A DNA stretch of 64,000 nucleotides, from NCBI GenBank assembly GCA_964291295.2, contig OZ219754.1, positions 2,176,001 to 2,240,000 on the forward strand. The letters are read 5' to 3'. Source of the DNA: an uncultured Candidatus Binatia bacterium. Lineage in GTDB: Bacteria > Desulfobacterota > Binatia > UBA9968 > JAJDTQ01. Of the stretch, positions 47,016 through 57,408 are shown piece by piece. How positions within the stretch are numbered: position 1 is the first letter of the stretch; each line of letters starts with the position of its first letter. The position numbers were made by a program, and so were the translations under genes. Under the pieces are notes generated by a model. That model saw only the letters and a list, made by a program, of their open reading frames with translations, was not told the origin of the DNA and ran no database searches.

Positions 47016-47044
47016 TCGACTGACTAAAGGAGAGACCACATCGT

Positions 47045-47245
47045 ATGACAGGGGTTCGAATCAAGGACAACGAGTCCATCGAGAGCGCCATCCGGCGTTT
47101 CAAGAAGCAGTGCGAGAAAGCCGGGATTCTGGCGGAATTGCGCAAGCGGGAACACTATGAAAAGCCCAGCGTCAAGCGGAAGAGGAAGGCCATCGCAGCC
47201 AAGAAGCGTGCCATGAAGCGTGCCCGCAGTCATCAGTGGTACTAG
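47045..47245 (+). CDS. rpsU: 30S ribosomal protein S21
   Basis: [28 protein letters not shown]. Confidence 0.97.
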   Translation: MTGVRIKDNESIESAIRRFKKQCEKAGILAELRKREHYEKPSVKRKRKAIAAKKRAMKRARSHQWY

Positions 47246-47381
47246 GCGGCCCGCGTGGCAACCCGGGACAACACGATGGCGGTGACCTGTCGAGTTTGAT
47301 CGGAGAGGGGCCTGGAGGATTTGCCGTGTGTCCTCTGTCCCGAAGAACGAGGTCTCCGAACGGCGACTCCCATAGGCCGTT

Positions 47382-47915
47382 GTGAACACCGTCGACGCAG
47401 CGCTGGCAGCAGTCCTGTGCGTATTTGCCGCGAGGGGGTACGTCAAAGGACTGTTCCGGGAAGTATTCGCTCTGCTGGGCCTTGCGGCCGGCTTCATCGT
47501 ATCCGTTCAGTACCATCAGCAGGTTTCCTTCTGGTTCGACTTCTGGCCCTACTCTCCGCTCGTCCTTCAGGGCATAGTCCTGGTTCTTCTTTTCCTCCTG
47601 GTTTACATCGCAACCAAATGGGTGGGGCATGTGCTCCACAGGTCGACGGTTCCCATGGCTCTCAGCGGCTACAACCGTTTCGGGGGGCTGCTGGCGGGAG
47701 GTTCCAGGGGCGCCCTGTTCCTGGGCGTGGGCTTGTTCTTCGTGGCATCCCAGTCCTGGGTTCCGCAGAGCATCCAGCCGCATTTCGACAGGGCGACCCT
47801 GGTCGCTCCCCTCTCCGGCTTCGGCGCATGGGTGGTGGCACGGGGTTCGGCTGTCGAGTGGCCCGGTGCGTCCGAACCGGATTCGACCGCGGACGATCCG
47901 CAACGTGAGGCATGA
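47382..47915 (+). CDS. cvpA: CvpA family membrane protein
   Basis: NTVD..GYVKGLFREVF..NRFGG; four TM segments; position between rpsU and dnaG. Confidence 0.85.
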   Translation: MNTVDAALAAVLCVFAARGYVKGLFREVFALLGLAAGFIVSVQYHQQVSFWFDFWPYSPLVLQGIVLVLLFLLVYIATKWVGHVLHRSTVPMALSGYNRFGGLLAGGSRGALFLGVGLFFVASQSWVPQSIQPHFDRATLVAPLSGFGAWVVARGSAVEWPGASEPDSTADDPQREA

Positions 47916-49672
47916 TCTCGAATCGGACCACTCAAGAGGTTCGCACGCGGGCCTCCATCGTGGAGGTCGTCTCCGACTACGTTACCCTCAAGAAGGCCGG
48001 TCAGAACTACTCGGGACTGTGTCCCTTCCATTCCGAGAAGACGCCGTCGTTCACCGTCAACGAGGAGAAGGGCGTTTTCTACTGCTTCGGTTGCCAGGCC
48101 GGAGGCGACGTCTTCAAGTTCCTCATGCTCTACGACGGGCTCACCTTTCCCGAGTCCATCGAGCGGCTGGCGGAGCGCTACGGCATCCCCGTCGCGGCTT
48201 CCGAATCCGCCGGCGGCAGCCGGCGCCGCGACCTGTTCCGGCTGAACGAGACGGCGGCGGAGTTGTATCATGCATTGCTGGCGGAACCCTCCGGGGGGAC
48301 GCGCGCGCGCGCCTATCTGAAAAGACGCGGCGTGGATGAATCCCTGTGGCCGCGCTTCCGGCTCGGCTTCGCACCCCGGGGCGATGTGCTGACCGGCCGC
48401 TTCCGGCGCGAGGGAGTGGCGCCGGGGGATGCGCTGGAGGCGGGGCTGGTGGCGCAGCCGGTGCCGGGCACCTACCGCGACCGCTTCTTCGACCGGATCA
48501 TCTTTCCCATCACGGAACCGGGCGGCAAGGTCGTCGGCTTCGGCGGCCGGGTCATGGGCGGCGGTACCCCCAAGTATCTCAACTCGCCGGAGACGCCGCT
48601 CTTCCGCAAGAGTGCGCAGGTCTACGGCCTGAGGGAAGCGCGTGACGGCATACGGGCCAATGACCGTGTCGTGGTGGTGGAGGGCTATCTGGACGTGCTG
48701 GCGCTGGCGCAGTTCGGACGGACCGACGCCGTGGCCACCCTGGGGACCGCGCTGACGGCCGATCATCTGCGGCTCCTGGGCCGTTACACCCGTAACGTGA
48801 CGGCGCTCTTCGACGGTGATGCCGCGGGACGCAACGCCGCGGCCCGCAGTTTCGAGGTGTTCCAGCAGGCGGGCCTATGGGGCCATGCGGCGTTCCTCCC
48901 CGAAGGCTCGGACCCGGACACGTTCGTCAGGAGCCAGGGAAAGGATGCGCTGGACCGCGTGCTGGAACGCGCCGTGCCGGTGGTGGACTTCTATCTGAAC
49001 TGGCTGCGGGAGCGCCATGGCGGTGACCTCGGCGGCAGGAGCCGTCTGGCCAACGAGGTCAGCCGGATGCTCGCGAAAGTCACCAACCCGCTGGATCGCG
49101 AGTTGCTGGCGCGGCGGTCGGCGGATCTGCTGGGCATTCGCGAGGAGTCCTTGCGCCGGCATGCCGGCGCGGAAGCCGCGGCCCGCCCGGAAGGCCGTGG
49201 CCGGCGGCCGGAGCACCGGGCCCTGGGGGAAGACCGCGCGGAGGCTGTGCTGGTGGCCCTGATGCTGCGGTTTCCGTCGGTGGTGCGGGCGTTGCGGGAA
49301 GAACCCCTGGACAAGCTGGTGACCGACAGGTGGCGCGAGGTGATGCGGCGGATCCTTGAGACTTCCGGGACCGGCGGCGCGCCGGCGGCGGGCGCGCTCA
49401 CCGAGGGCCTGCAACCGGAGTTGGCGGCCGAGATCAGTGCGTTGGTGCTCTGGGGTCAGGAGATCGACGAGAAAGAGCGGGATCGAATGACCGCGGACTG
49501 TCTGTTTCACTTGCAGCGGCGCTATTTGAGCCGGCTCGATCAGGAACTGTGCAGAGCGATTCGTGTGGCGGAAGAGACCCGTGACGACAAGGCCAAGAAA
49601 GAGAGGATGCGGCAATGGCAGGAGGTCATGCAAAGGAAACTCCGCTTGGAACGCGCGAGGCCGGGTCTGTAG
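47912..49672 (+). CDS. dnaG: DNA primase
   Basis: [42 protein letters not shown] and DPD motifs. Confidence 0.97.
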   Translation: MISNRTTQEVRTRASIVEVVSDYVTLKKAGQNYSGLCPFHSEKTPSFTVNEEKGVFYCFGCQAGGDVFKFLMLYDGLTFPESIERLAERYGIPVAASESAGGSRRRDLFRLNETAAELYHALLAEPSGGTRARAYLKRRGVDESLWPRFRLGFAPRGDVLTGRFRREGVAPGDALEAGLVAQPVPGTYRDRFFDRIIFPITEPGGKVVGFGGRVMGGGTPKYLNSPETPLFRKSAQVYGLREARDGIRANDRVVVVEGYLDVLALAQFGRTDAVATLGTALTADHLRLLGRYTRNVTALFDGDAAGRNAAARSFEVFQQAGLWGHAAFLPEGSDPDTFVRSQGKDALDRVLERAVPVVDFYLNWLRERHGGDLGGRSRLANEVSRMLAKVTNPLDRELLARRSADLLGIREESLRRHAGAEAAARPEGRGRRPEHRALGEDRAEAVLVALMLRFPSVVRALREEPLDKLVTDRWREVMRRILETSGTGGAPAAGALTEGLQPELAAEISALVLWGQEIDEKERDRMTADCLFHLQRRYLSRLDQELCRAIRVAEETRDDKAKKERMRQWQEVMQRKLRLERARPGL

Positions 49673-51468
49673 ACGGCAGGCCGGTCAGAACCGCCCCGGG
49701 GGGCGCATCCCGAACCCGCCAGACGAAGCGGGAGCAGGACGTCAGGCGGCTGATCGATCTCGGCAAGGAGAAGGGCTATCTGACCTACGATCAGGTGAAC
49801 GACATGCTGTCCCCGGAGGCGGTGACGCCGGAGCAGCTTGATGACGTCATGTCCATTTTCGACGAGATGGATATCGAGGTTGTGGACACCAACCAGCGGG
49901 TGGCGTTGAGTGCGCGGGCGGAGGACGGAGCCGCCGGTGCGCTGGCGGAGGCGGAGGTCGAACTCGACGCGGAGGCCGAGGCCGCCGACAAGACCGGCGA
50001 CCCGGTGCGCATGTACCTGCGGGAGATGGGCAACGTGTCGCTGCTCACCCGTGACGGCGAAGTGGAGATCGCCAAGAAGATCGAGGAGGGCGAAGGGGTC
50101 GTGGCCGACTGCGCGCTGTCGTGCTCGGTGGCGGTCCAGCATGTGCTCGATCTGGCCGGGAGGATCGAACGCGGTGAGGTTCGCGTCCACGAGGTGATCA
50201 AGGACGTGGACGTGGAGGGAGGCTGCGTGGAGGAAGAGGTGCACGAGCGCCGTCTCCTGGACCGCATCGACAAGCTGCGGCGTGCGGTGCGGGAGAGCGA
50301 GGGGCTGCGGCAGAAGGTTCGCAAGCGCAACACCGCGGCCGTCAGATCGGGATTCGAGCGCCAACTGAAGCGGTGTCGCACGAAGATGCTCCGGTACCTG
50401 AAGGACCTGCGCCTCAACCGGCATCAGATCGACGCCGTGGTGAACAGGCTGAAGGGCGACCTGCGCCGCATCGAATCGGCGAAATCCAGGGTCGAGGGTT
50501 ACGAAAGACAGACGGGCAGGTCCGCCCGGGAGATCCTCGACATGGCGCCCGGGAACGGCGGCAAGGAGACATGGCAAAGGACCGTCGGTACCTTTCGAAT
50601 GAGCCTGAAGGCTTTCCGGGAAATGCAGGAGAACATCCGCAGGGCCCGGGAAGATGTGCGTGGGACCGAGCAGCGGCTGGAGATGTCGGGCGAGGAGATC
50701 CGGCAGCGGGTCCGGTCCATTCAAGAGGGCGAGGTCCGGGCCGACCTCGCCAAGCAGCAGTTGATCGAGGCCAATCTGCGTCTGGTGGTGAGCATCGCCA
50801 AGAAGTACACCAACCGGGGCCTGCAGTTTCTCGACCTGATCCAGGAAGGCAACATCGGCCTGATGAAGGCGGTGGAAAAGTTCGAGTACCAGCGCGGCTA
50901 CAAGTTCTCCACCTACGCCACCTGGTGGATCCGTCAATCCATCACCCGGGCCATCGCCGACCAGGCGCGCACCATTCGCATTCCGGTGCACATGATCGAA
51001 ACCATCAACAAGCTGATCCGCACCTCGCGCCATCTCGTGCAGGAGATCGGCCGCGAGCCCTCTCCCGAGGAGATCGCAGCCAGGATGGAGATCCCGCTGG
51101 ACAAGGTTCTGAAGGTCCTGAAGATCGCCAAGGAACCCATCTCCCTGGAAACGCCGGTGGGCGAGGACGAAGACAGCCACCTGTGCGATTTTATCGAGGA
51201 CAAGCGGGTGGCGCCGCCCTCCGACGCGGTTGTCAATCTCAACCTCGAGGAACAGACCCGCAAGGCGCTGGCCACCCTGACGCCGCGCGAGGAGCACGTT
51301 CTGCGGCTGCGGTTCGGCATCGGCGAGAAGTCGGACCACACCTTGGAGGAGGTGGGTCAGAAATTCCTCGTCACCCGTGAACGCATTCGCCAGATCGAGG
51401 CCAAGGCCTTGCGCAAGCTGCGCAATCCTAGTAGAAGCAGAAGACTCAAGAGTTTCATGGAAGGCTAG
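49615..51468 (+). CDS. rpoD: RNA polymerase primary sigma factor
   Basis: [41 protein letters not shown] and TRERIRQIE motifs. Confidence 0.98.
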   Translation: MAGGHAKETPLGTREAGSVDGRPVRTAPGGASRTRQTKREQDVRRLIDLGKEKGYLTYDQVNDMLSPEAVTPEQLDDVMSIFDEMDIEVVDTNQRVALSARAEDGAAGALAEAEVELDAEAEAADKTGDPVRMYLREMGNVSLLTRDGEVEIAKKIEEGEGVVADCALSCSVAVQHVLDLAGRIERGEVRVHEVIKDVDVEGGCVEEEVHERRLLDRIDKLRRAVRESEGLRQKVRKRNTAAVRSGFERQLKRCRTKMLRYLKDLRLNRHQIDAVVNRLKGDLRRIESAKSRVEGYERQTGRSAREILDMAPGNGGKETWQRTVGTFRMSLKAFREMQENIRRAREDVRGTEQRLEMSGEEIRQRVRSIQEGEVRADLAKQQLIEANLRLVVSIAKKYTNRGLQFLDLIQEGNIGLMKAVEKFEYQRGYKFSTYATWWIRQSITRAIADQARTIRIPVHMIETINKLIRTSRHLVQEIGREPSPEEIAARMEIPLDKVLKVLKIAKEPISLETPVGEDEDSHLCDFIEDKRVAPPSDAVVNLNLEEQTRKALATLTPREEHVLRLRFGIGEKSDHTLEEVGQKFLVTRERIRQIEAKALRKLRNPSRSRRLKSFMEG

Positions 51469-51540
51469 GACGCCGCGCCTTCCGGCTCCGAGCCTTCCTG
51501 CCCCGCGCGGGTTCCCCTCGCCGGCCGCACGAACTCCTCC

Positions 51541-51614
51541 GGGCCCATAGCTCAGTTGGTTAGAGCCACCGGCTCATAACCGGAAGGTCCCTGGTTCGAG
51601 TCCAGGTGGGCCCA
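51541..51614 (+). tRNA. tRNA with CAT anticodon, likely tRNA-Ile2 (lysidine); CCA not encoded
   Basis: GGGCCCA/TGGGCCC acceptor stem, TAGCTCAGTTGGTTAGAGC D arm, CTCATAA loop, GGTTCGAGTCC T arm; lacks initiator hallmarks; ileX-like position after rpoD. Confidence 0.93.
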
Positions 51615-51794
51615 CTCATTCCTCTCTCGTCCATTCTCTCCCGTCCATCCGTTGGTTCGGACAGGCCTCCGGCACCCTGTGACCACCCGTGCCGTCACGC
51701 ATCAGCGAGGGAGAGGCCTGCCGCCTCGCCCGTGAACGCACCCGCACCGCCGGCGGGGCATTGCCCTGCGGTCTCCCGGCGGGCGGGCGGCGAC

Positions 51795-52997
51795 TCAGGG
51801 CCGCGCGGTCGCCGGGACCGGGACGTTGTCCGAGCGGATGACGATATAGATGAGCGCGGCCGACGCCAGCAGGATCAGGCTCATGATCCGCAGGAAGCCG
51901 TCGTAGTCGCCGTACATGTCGAAGTAGACGCTCGCCAGTATCGGTCCTCCGGCGGAACCCACCTGGTGCACGATGAAGCTCAGGCCCAGGATGAGTCCCG
52001 CGAGCCGCGGCCCCACCATCTCGAAGAACATGACGTTCTGAACCCCGATGGTGCCGAAGGTCGGTCCCATGGCCAGCGCCACCACGGCGTAGAAGACCAG
52101 CGGGTTGGCCATGTCGAGAGACAGGGCCAGGGTGCCGACGCCGCGGAAGACATAGGTGAGGGCCAGTGCCGGCGCGCGGCCGCAACGGTCGGAGAGCCAG
52201 CCGAAGGTCACCGCGGAGACGGCGGCGGCGATCCCGAAGACGCTGACGGCGATGGCTCCGGTGGCGTGGTCGAAGTCCTTGCTGAGCGCGATCCCCACCA
52301 GGTGCACGCTCTGGAACAGGGCCATGCCGCAGGAGAACCGCGCCGCGAACAGCAGCAGCATGTTGCGGTCCCGCAGGTAGGGGAGGCAGCTTCCCCAGTT
52401 CGCGGCCTCCCGCCGGCCGCCGGAAGAGGGGGCCGGATCGCGCGCGCCGATCCAGCCGAACGGGAAGGCCACCACCAGCAGCAGCACGCCGCACGCCATG
52501 GCCGCCACCCGCCAGTCGTGGCGCTCGATGAGGAAATACAGCAGCGGTGCCAGGAAGAAGGGACTCAACGGCGACGCCGTCTGGACGACGCTCACCGCCA
52601 GCCCCCGGCTGCCGGCGTCATAGTGCTTCGCCACCAGCAGCGAGAGGATCACCAGCCCGCAGGCCCCCTTGGCCATGCCGGTCATGATCCCGAAGGTGAG
52701 GGAAAGTTGCCAGAGGTTCTGTGACAGGCCCATGCCCAGGAAGCCGGCGGCCATGAGCAGCACACCGCCCAGGATCACCGGGCGGGTGCCGAGGTCATCG
52801 GCCTTCTTGCCGAACAGCACGCCGCCGACGCCCCAGCCCACCATCGCGAACACGTAGGGGATCGTCGCGGTGGTGCGTGACCAGCCGAACGCCGTCTCGA
52901 TGGGAGTCAGGAACAGGCTGAAGGCGTTCATGCTGATGGACGTGATGACCACGACCACGGCGGACATGATAACGATGGCGATGCGGGGGAGTTTCAT
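51795..52997 (-). CDS. MFS transporter
   Basis: FGWSR, ADDLGTR and SDRCGR motifs; multiple TM segments. Confidence 0.88.
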   Translation of the reverse strand: MKLPRIAIVIMSAVVVVITSISMNAFSLFLTPIETAFGWSRTTATIPYVFAMVGWGVGGVLFGKKADDLGTRPVILGGVLLMAAGFLGMGLSQNLWQLSLTFGIMTGMAKGACGLVILSLLVAKHYDAGSRGLAVSVVQTASPLSPFFLAPLLYFLIERHDWRVAAMACGVLLLVVAFPFGWIGARDPAPSSGGRREAANWGSCLPYLRDRNMLLLFAARFSCGMALFQSVHLVGIALSKDFDHATGAIAVSVFGIAAAVSAVTFGWLSDRCGRAPALALTYVFRGVGTLALSLDMANPLVFYAVVALAMGPTFGTIGVQNVMFFEMVGPRLAGLILGLSFIVHQVGSAGGPILASVYFDMYGDYDGFLRIMSLILLASAALIYIVIRSDNVPVPATARP

Positions 52998-53254
52998 GCT
53001 TTTCTCACGGGCGTGAGCGGATGCCGGGCGACAGGGCCGGCCTGGCGGGTCATGCGCGGCAGCCGCGTTTCCGGCGGAATCGCCTGGCCGCGGGGTGCCG
53101 TCGCGGGGCGCCGCGTCGTGGTAGGCGGAGAGCCGCGGGGTTCGAAGGGTCGGGATTCGGCAAGGGCGGACGCTCAAAGGGCGGACGGGGCCGACCCCTG
53201 TGCGGATCGCGAGTCTGTCCCACGCGCTGCCCGCGTTCCCCTGGATGCCCGCGC

Positions 53255-54343
53255 CTACAGGCCGTAGAGCGCCTTGGGATTGTGATACAGGATGTTGTCC
53301 TTCCGTTCCTGGCTGATGGCGTCCATCTTCTTCAGGTCGAGGATGGCGTCCATTTCGCTGGACGGATCCGTGTGGCCGTAGTCGGTGCCGATGACCAGGC
53401 CCCCCTCGCCCGTGAACTTGAGGACGTAGGGGATGTCGTCGTTGGTCTGGCAGGTGACGTAGATGCCGTACCGGGCGAACAGATCCCGGGGAAATTCCCG
53501 CCCGGCCGCCTGGTAGCGGTTCTCGGCCTCCAGGTAGATCCAGGGGACCCACTGGGAGGAGGCTTCGATGAAGCCCCACCGGAGGTCCGGAAAGACCTGG
53601 GGAATCTCGCTTATGATGAGGCCCAGGCATGCGGTGACCGTGGGCGCCCGGAACATGGCGAATCGGCCCGCCGCGGTCGGGCGGTAGGTGTCGCAGTTGG
53701 CAGGATTGCCATTGGCGATGTGCACGGCGATGGACATGTCCAGGTCGCTTGCCGCCTGGTAGACGGGATAGAAGTACGGGTCGGTCATGTCCCGCTCTCC
53801 CTCCAGAGGACGCATGCACACCGCCACCGCGCCATCCTCCCTGGCCTGCCTGATCTGGGACACCGCCTCGTCCAGGGCCAGCACCGGCACCACGCAGGAC
53901 CAGCGCAGCCGGCCCTGGCTCTGCCGGTAGATGTCCCCGAGCCAGCGGTTCCAGCTCCGGCACAGGGCGACTTCCTTGTCCGGCCGGGTGGTGATCTGTT
54001 CGATCCAGAAGGTGTTGTGGAGCACCTGTACGTCCACCCCCAGCCGGTTCATATGGTCGAGCCTGAGCTGGACGTCGTCCAGTTCCCGGGCGGCCCGGGA
54101 CGATTCGACGTTTCTTCCGAACTGGTCCGACAGGTCCCTCAGTTGCTGCTCGCTGTAGGTGGGGAAGCGGAATCCGCGGATCTTCTCGTCGATGACCCAG
54201 TACTGGAGCGTGGGCTCCTGAGGTGACGCGAAAAGCACGGGGCGGTATTTCTCCTCTGACGGCTCCAGATAGTCCCATGTGTGCTCGGTTTCGATCACAT
54301 GGGCATCCGCATCGATGACAGGGACCTGTTCCTGGCTGGACAT
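53255..54343 (-). CDS. Amidohydrolase_2 family protein
   Basis: IDADAHVIE, AVHIA, FIEA..WVP, IGTDYGH and NPKALYGL motifs. Confidence 0.92.
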   Translation of the reverse strand: MSSQEQVPVIDADAHVIETEHTWDYLEPSEEKYRPVLFASPQEPTLQYWVIDEKIRGFRFPTYSEQQLRDLSDQFGRNVESSRAARELDDVQLRLDHMNRLGVDVQVLHNTFWIEQITTRPDKEVALCRSWNRWLGDIYRQSQGRLRWSCVVPVLALDEAVSQIRQAREDGAVAVCMRPLEGERDMTDPYFYPVYQAASDLDMSIAVHIANGNPANCDTYRPTAAGRFAMFRAPTVTACLGLIISEIPQVFPDLRWGFIEASSQWVPWIYLEAENRYQAAGREFPRDLFARYGIYVTCQTNDDIPYVLKFTGEGGLVIGTDYGHTDPSSEMDAILDLKKMDAISQERKDNILYHNPKALYGL

Positions 54344-54570
54344 GGCGCGACTCCTTGATACGCGGCCGGGCATCCCGGATCGCAAGTGCTGTTCCCGGCA
54401 CCCTGTGGCCCGCCGGCGGGCGTGTCACCGTCAAGTTCGACCAACGGCCATCGTTTGTCAACCGTCCAGAGGGTCCCGACCAGGACTATCCCACGCTGAG
54501 TGTTTGTGCGAGGGGGGCGGGTTTGTGTCAGGCACCGGCGTTCTTGCGCTGGGGCAGTCCTACCTGGGGG

Positions 54571-54880
54571 ATGTTGGAACGCATCAGCAAGGGGGCGAGC
54601 GCGATCCATGGTGAGGCACCGGAAGGGTATTCGCTGTCGGAGGTGGAGGTACGTCTGGTGAAGCCGGAGGAGCGTCCGGACTGGGACGTGCTGATGGACA
54701 GGTATCATTATCTGGGCTTTCGCCGTCTGGCAGGCCGCGGCCTTCGTGATGTGGCGACCTTCAGATGCCGTTGGCTGGGCTTGGCGGCGTGGCAGAACGG
54801 CGCCTTCAAGTGCCGATCGCGGGACCGTTGGACGGGCTGGCGGTCGAAGCAGCAGTTCCAGCGTCCGGGTCTGATCGCGA
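54571..54880 (+). pseudogene. Truncated DUF4338-type N-terminus of a transposase-associated ORF
   Basis: WDVLMDRYHYLG..G..LR..WLGLAAW...RDRWTGW..Q..LIA, then homology stops; no DDE domain follows. Confidence 0.75.
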
Positions 54881-54921
54881 AGCAGCCAAGCTATCGCCGC
54901 CGTTACCCGGCCCTGACCGGC

Positions 54922-54975
54922 GACCGCAGTCGGAGGGTCCCGGCCCCAGACCGCCGTCGGAGGATCCCGGCCCCA
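54922..54975. repeat. Tandem 27-bp repeat, two copies
   Basis: GACCGCAGTCGGAGGGTCCCGGCCCCA / GACCGCCGTCGGAGGATCCCGGCCCCA. Confidence 0.85.
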
Positions 54976-54986
54976 ACCACGCCCGC

Positions 54987-55140
54987 AGGCTACCCGACCG
55001 TCCAAACCCATCCCCCGCTCACCCCGCAGGCGATCATCCCTCCACATTACCCCTACACCGACAACCACCAGGAAGGCGCCCAACACCCTTCCGCCCCGCC
55101 CTCATCTCAACACAACCTCCCCGGCATGGGAAAGTCCTGC
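54987..55140 (+). repeat. 154-bp direct repeat copy 1 (internal IS right end, TIR at 55124-55139)
   Basis: 146/154 identical to 59081-59234 by manual alignment. Confidence 0.92.
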
Positions 55141-55389
55141 CGGGGAACCCGGGGTGGGTTGACGAAGGCCGCGCCAGGTAATATGTGACACGCATGGTGA
55201 CAGGCGTTCGCGGAAGTCCGGATTGCAGAGGTTCAAGACCGGGACGTTGCCGGGATGGTGGCCCGTTTCGCCGATGGCGAGGGAATCGCCGACACTGCCT
55301 GTGCGAGGCTGTCCGGGGCGCTGGGGCAGACGGTTGGAGCGATAGCGGTTTATCGACGATGTACGAGCAATAATGGAACCGGAGAGGCC

Positions 55390-56406
55390 ATGAGCCCCGA
55401 ATTCGAATACCTGGATCGTGAAGTACCACGAGGAACTTTCTTTGATGTCATATTTGCGGTGATCCTTTTTCTGGTTTCCGGGTTCAGCGCATACACGACC
55501 TATCTCGGCTTCTCGAAGGATCTGCCGCTCTACATGAGCCTCCCGATCGCGGCAATCATTGGCTTGGGACTTTTGGGGATCAACTTCAAGATCCGGGAGG
55601 CAAGAATCGCCGATAACCCTCTCGGTTGGTCGTTCCTCGTATTCTCTATCGTCTTCGTGTTCAGTTTCATCAGCAATACCAACGCGTTTTACTCGCGACT
55701 CATCGAGGACGATATCGTGCGGGAAGCGCAGGAAGAAGCGTGGTCTATGTTCGACAGAGAGAGTATGAAGGCGCTCTCGTTGATCGACGATAATCCGCAA
55801 TACCAGAGCGAGCTTGCAACTATCGCGGAGGTAGAAAACGAACTCACCAAGCTCAGGGAACAGATTACCGACCCGCGCAACCTGGGACTCGGGCCGCGTG
55901 CCCAAGCGCACTTGAGACGGATCGAAGAGCTTCTGGAAACCAAATCTACCGATACGGTGCCCCCTTCGCCGGAGCGGCCTGAACGGGAGCACGAGCAATA
56001 CGCAGAGAAGCTTGAGAGACACATTCGAGAGCTTGTCGACGAACGCCAGCGTCGAGGGGACGTCCACAAACATGTGTCCCTCCACGACGATGTCTCACGG
56101 AAAAGGAATGCTCACCAAAAGCGTGTGGATGAGAAAGACTGGCACAGAGGCCATACGGATGAAATGCACCGCGATCTGAAATCCATCGAGAATCAGGTTA
56201 ACCGGCACTTGTCTCCGGTTCCGAAACTGGAGCTCGATGACATCAACGACAAAGCGGACGAAGTTGGAAAATTCAAATACACTTGGCGAAATTTCGTGCA
56301 AGCGGTAAGCCCGGTTGCGATCGCCCTTTCCGTTATATTGGGTGCCCTGCTCGATATCCTGGCCCCGATGATGTCCATCGCATTTTACCGTCCTCAATAC
56401 GATTAG
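55390..56406 (+). CDS. Membrane protein: 3 N-terminal TM, coiled coil, C-terminal TM (DUF4407-like layout)
   Basis: Hydrophobic segments at both ends, charged helical middle with DPRNLGLGPRA turn; GGAGAGG RBS. Confidence 0.85.
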   Translation: MSPEFEYLDREVPRGTFFDVIFAVILFLVSGFSAYTTYLGFSKDLPLYMSLPIAAIIGLGLLGINFKIREARIADNPLGWSFLVFSIVFVFSFISNTNAFYSRLIEDDIVREAQEEAWSMFDRESMKALSLIDDNPQYQSELATIAEVENELTKLREQITDPRNLGLGPRAQAHLRRIEELLETKSTDTVPPSPERPEREHEQYAEKLERHIRELVDERQRRGDVHKHVSLHDDVSRKRNAHQKRVDEKDWHRGHTDEMHRDLKSIENQVNRHLSPVPKLELDDINDKADEVGKFKYTWRNFVQAVSPVAIALSVILGALLDILAPMMSIAFYRPQYD

Positions 56407-56418
56407 GAGGTTCATTGG

Positions 56419-57408
56419 ATGCCCGAGACGAATCCTCAGAATGAGCCGATGCCTGTCCCCATCCGGCCGATACGTGTCGACGAAAATGACAGGTTGAACC
56501 CGAATCGTATCGTACCACCTCTCCCGCAGGGCGGGTACTGCCTGTTTACTGCTGGCGTCGTTGGATCTGGAAAGTCCACGCTCCAACACGCTCTGGTTCA
56601 CCGGCTCTACACGGACGAGCGCGTCGATCTCACGTTCAAGAATGAAGACGGAGAAACAAGCCCCAATGGCGAACTCCTGGATTGGATCAACAGATTCGAC
56701 CGTGGCGAATTTCCCGAGCGCACCCCCAAAGGTACACTCCAGACCTTCTTCATCGAATTCGGCCAGAGCGGCCAGAGCCGCCGACCGGTCAAGCTTAGCT
56801 TCGTCGAGATCCCGGGCGAAGACTTTTCGGCCATTCTGCCGCAGAAGGGCCGACCTGATTACGAACCGCGCCTGTCTTCGGAGCTGGAGCACCTTCTGAC
56901 AGCAAAGGATATCAATAAGCTGTTTATCCTGGTAGCTGATACGACTCGGCACGATCCCGCGACGGCCTTGAAGAAGTCGTCGGACGAGCGGGACCAACGT
57001 CTCTACGAAGACATGGTGTTCAGCGAATTGATCACCTATATGCGGGAACTAGGCCTGAATCGAATCAAGCTTCTTTTCGTTGCCGCGAAATGGGATGCTG
57101 CTCCGAACCGTAACCTCGATCCAAAGCGGTTCTTCGGACAGCATTTTCCTCAGGCCAGGTCCGCTCTTCGTCGCTTCGAAAAAGCTCAGGTTCAATACAT
57201 TCGATTCACAGTAGGAAATGTCCGGATCAGTGGAGACGAAACGGAGGGTTTCGCGCGAACCCCAATCGTGGAGAAGCACGATTTCCTACCCATCAGCCGC
57301 GTGATCCAGTGGATCCACACACACGCGACCGAGCGATCCTTGCCGGGCTACCCAACGGTTCGCTTGACGCTTTGGCAAAAGATCAAGCGATGGGCAGCAA
57401 CGACTTGA
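56419..57408 (+). CDS. TRAFAC-class GTPase (double-GTPase/DO-GTPase-like)
   Basis: G1 GVVGSGKST, G2 PERT, G3-like FVEIPGE, G4-like AAKWD; AGGAGG RBS. Confidence 0.85.
   Translation: MPETNPQNEPMPVPIRPIRVDENDRLNPNRIVPPLPQGGYCLFTAGVVGSGKSTLQHALVHRLYTDERVDLTFKNEDGETSPNGELLDWINRFDRGEFPERTPKGTLQTFFIEFGQSGQSRRPVKLSFVEIPGEDFSAILPQKGRPDYEPRLSSELEHLLTAKDINKLFILVADTTRHDPATALKKSSDERDQRLYEDMVFSELITYMRELGLNRIKLLFVAAKWDAAPNRNLDPKRFFGQHFPQARSALRRFEKAQVQYIRFTVGNVRISGDETEGFARTPIVEKHDFLPISRVIQWIHTHATERSLPGYPTVRLTLWQKIKRWAATT

Noticed and set aside
51541-51800. tRNA as an island integration site
   Set aside because: No integrase and no duplicated tRNA 3' end seen in the window; adjacent genes have host-like composition.
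51795-54461. Apparent 888-aa and 814-aa (31631-34075) MFS fusion proteins
   Set aside because: The N-terminal parts are off-frame readings of the upstream amidohydrolase and LLM genes; the real MFS starts are at 52997 and 32896.
54571-54880. DUF4338 as Druantia DruA anti-phage protein
   Set aside because: Only a short fragment directly inside an IS-type TIR, with no DruE-like helicase or other Druantia genes; better explained as a transposase-associated remnant.
54922-55140. CRISPR array or integron attC interpretation of the 27-bp and 154-bp repeats
   Set aside because: No unique spacers, no cas or integrase genes, no attC-like palindrome; the 154-bp repeats end in the element TIR.
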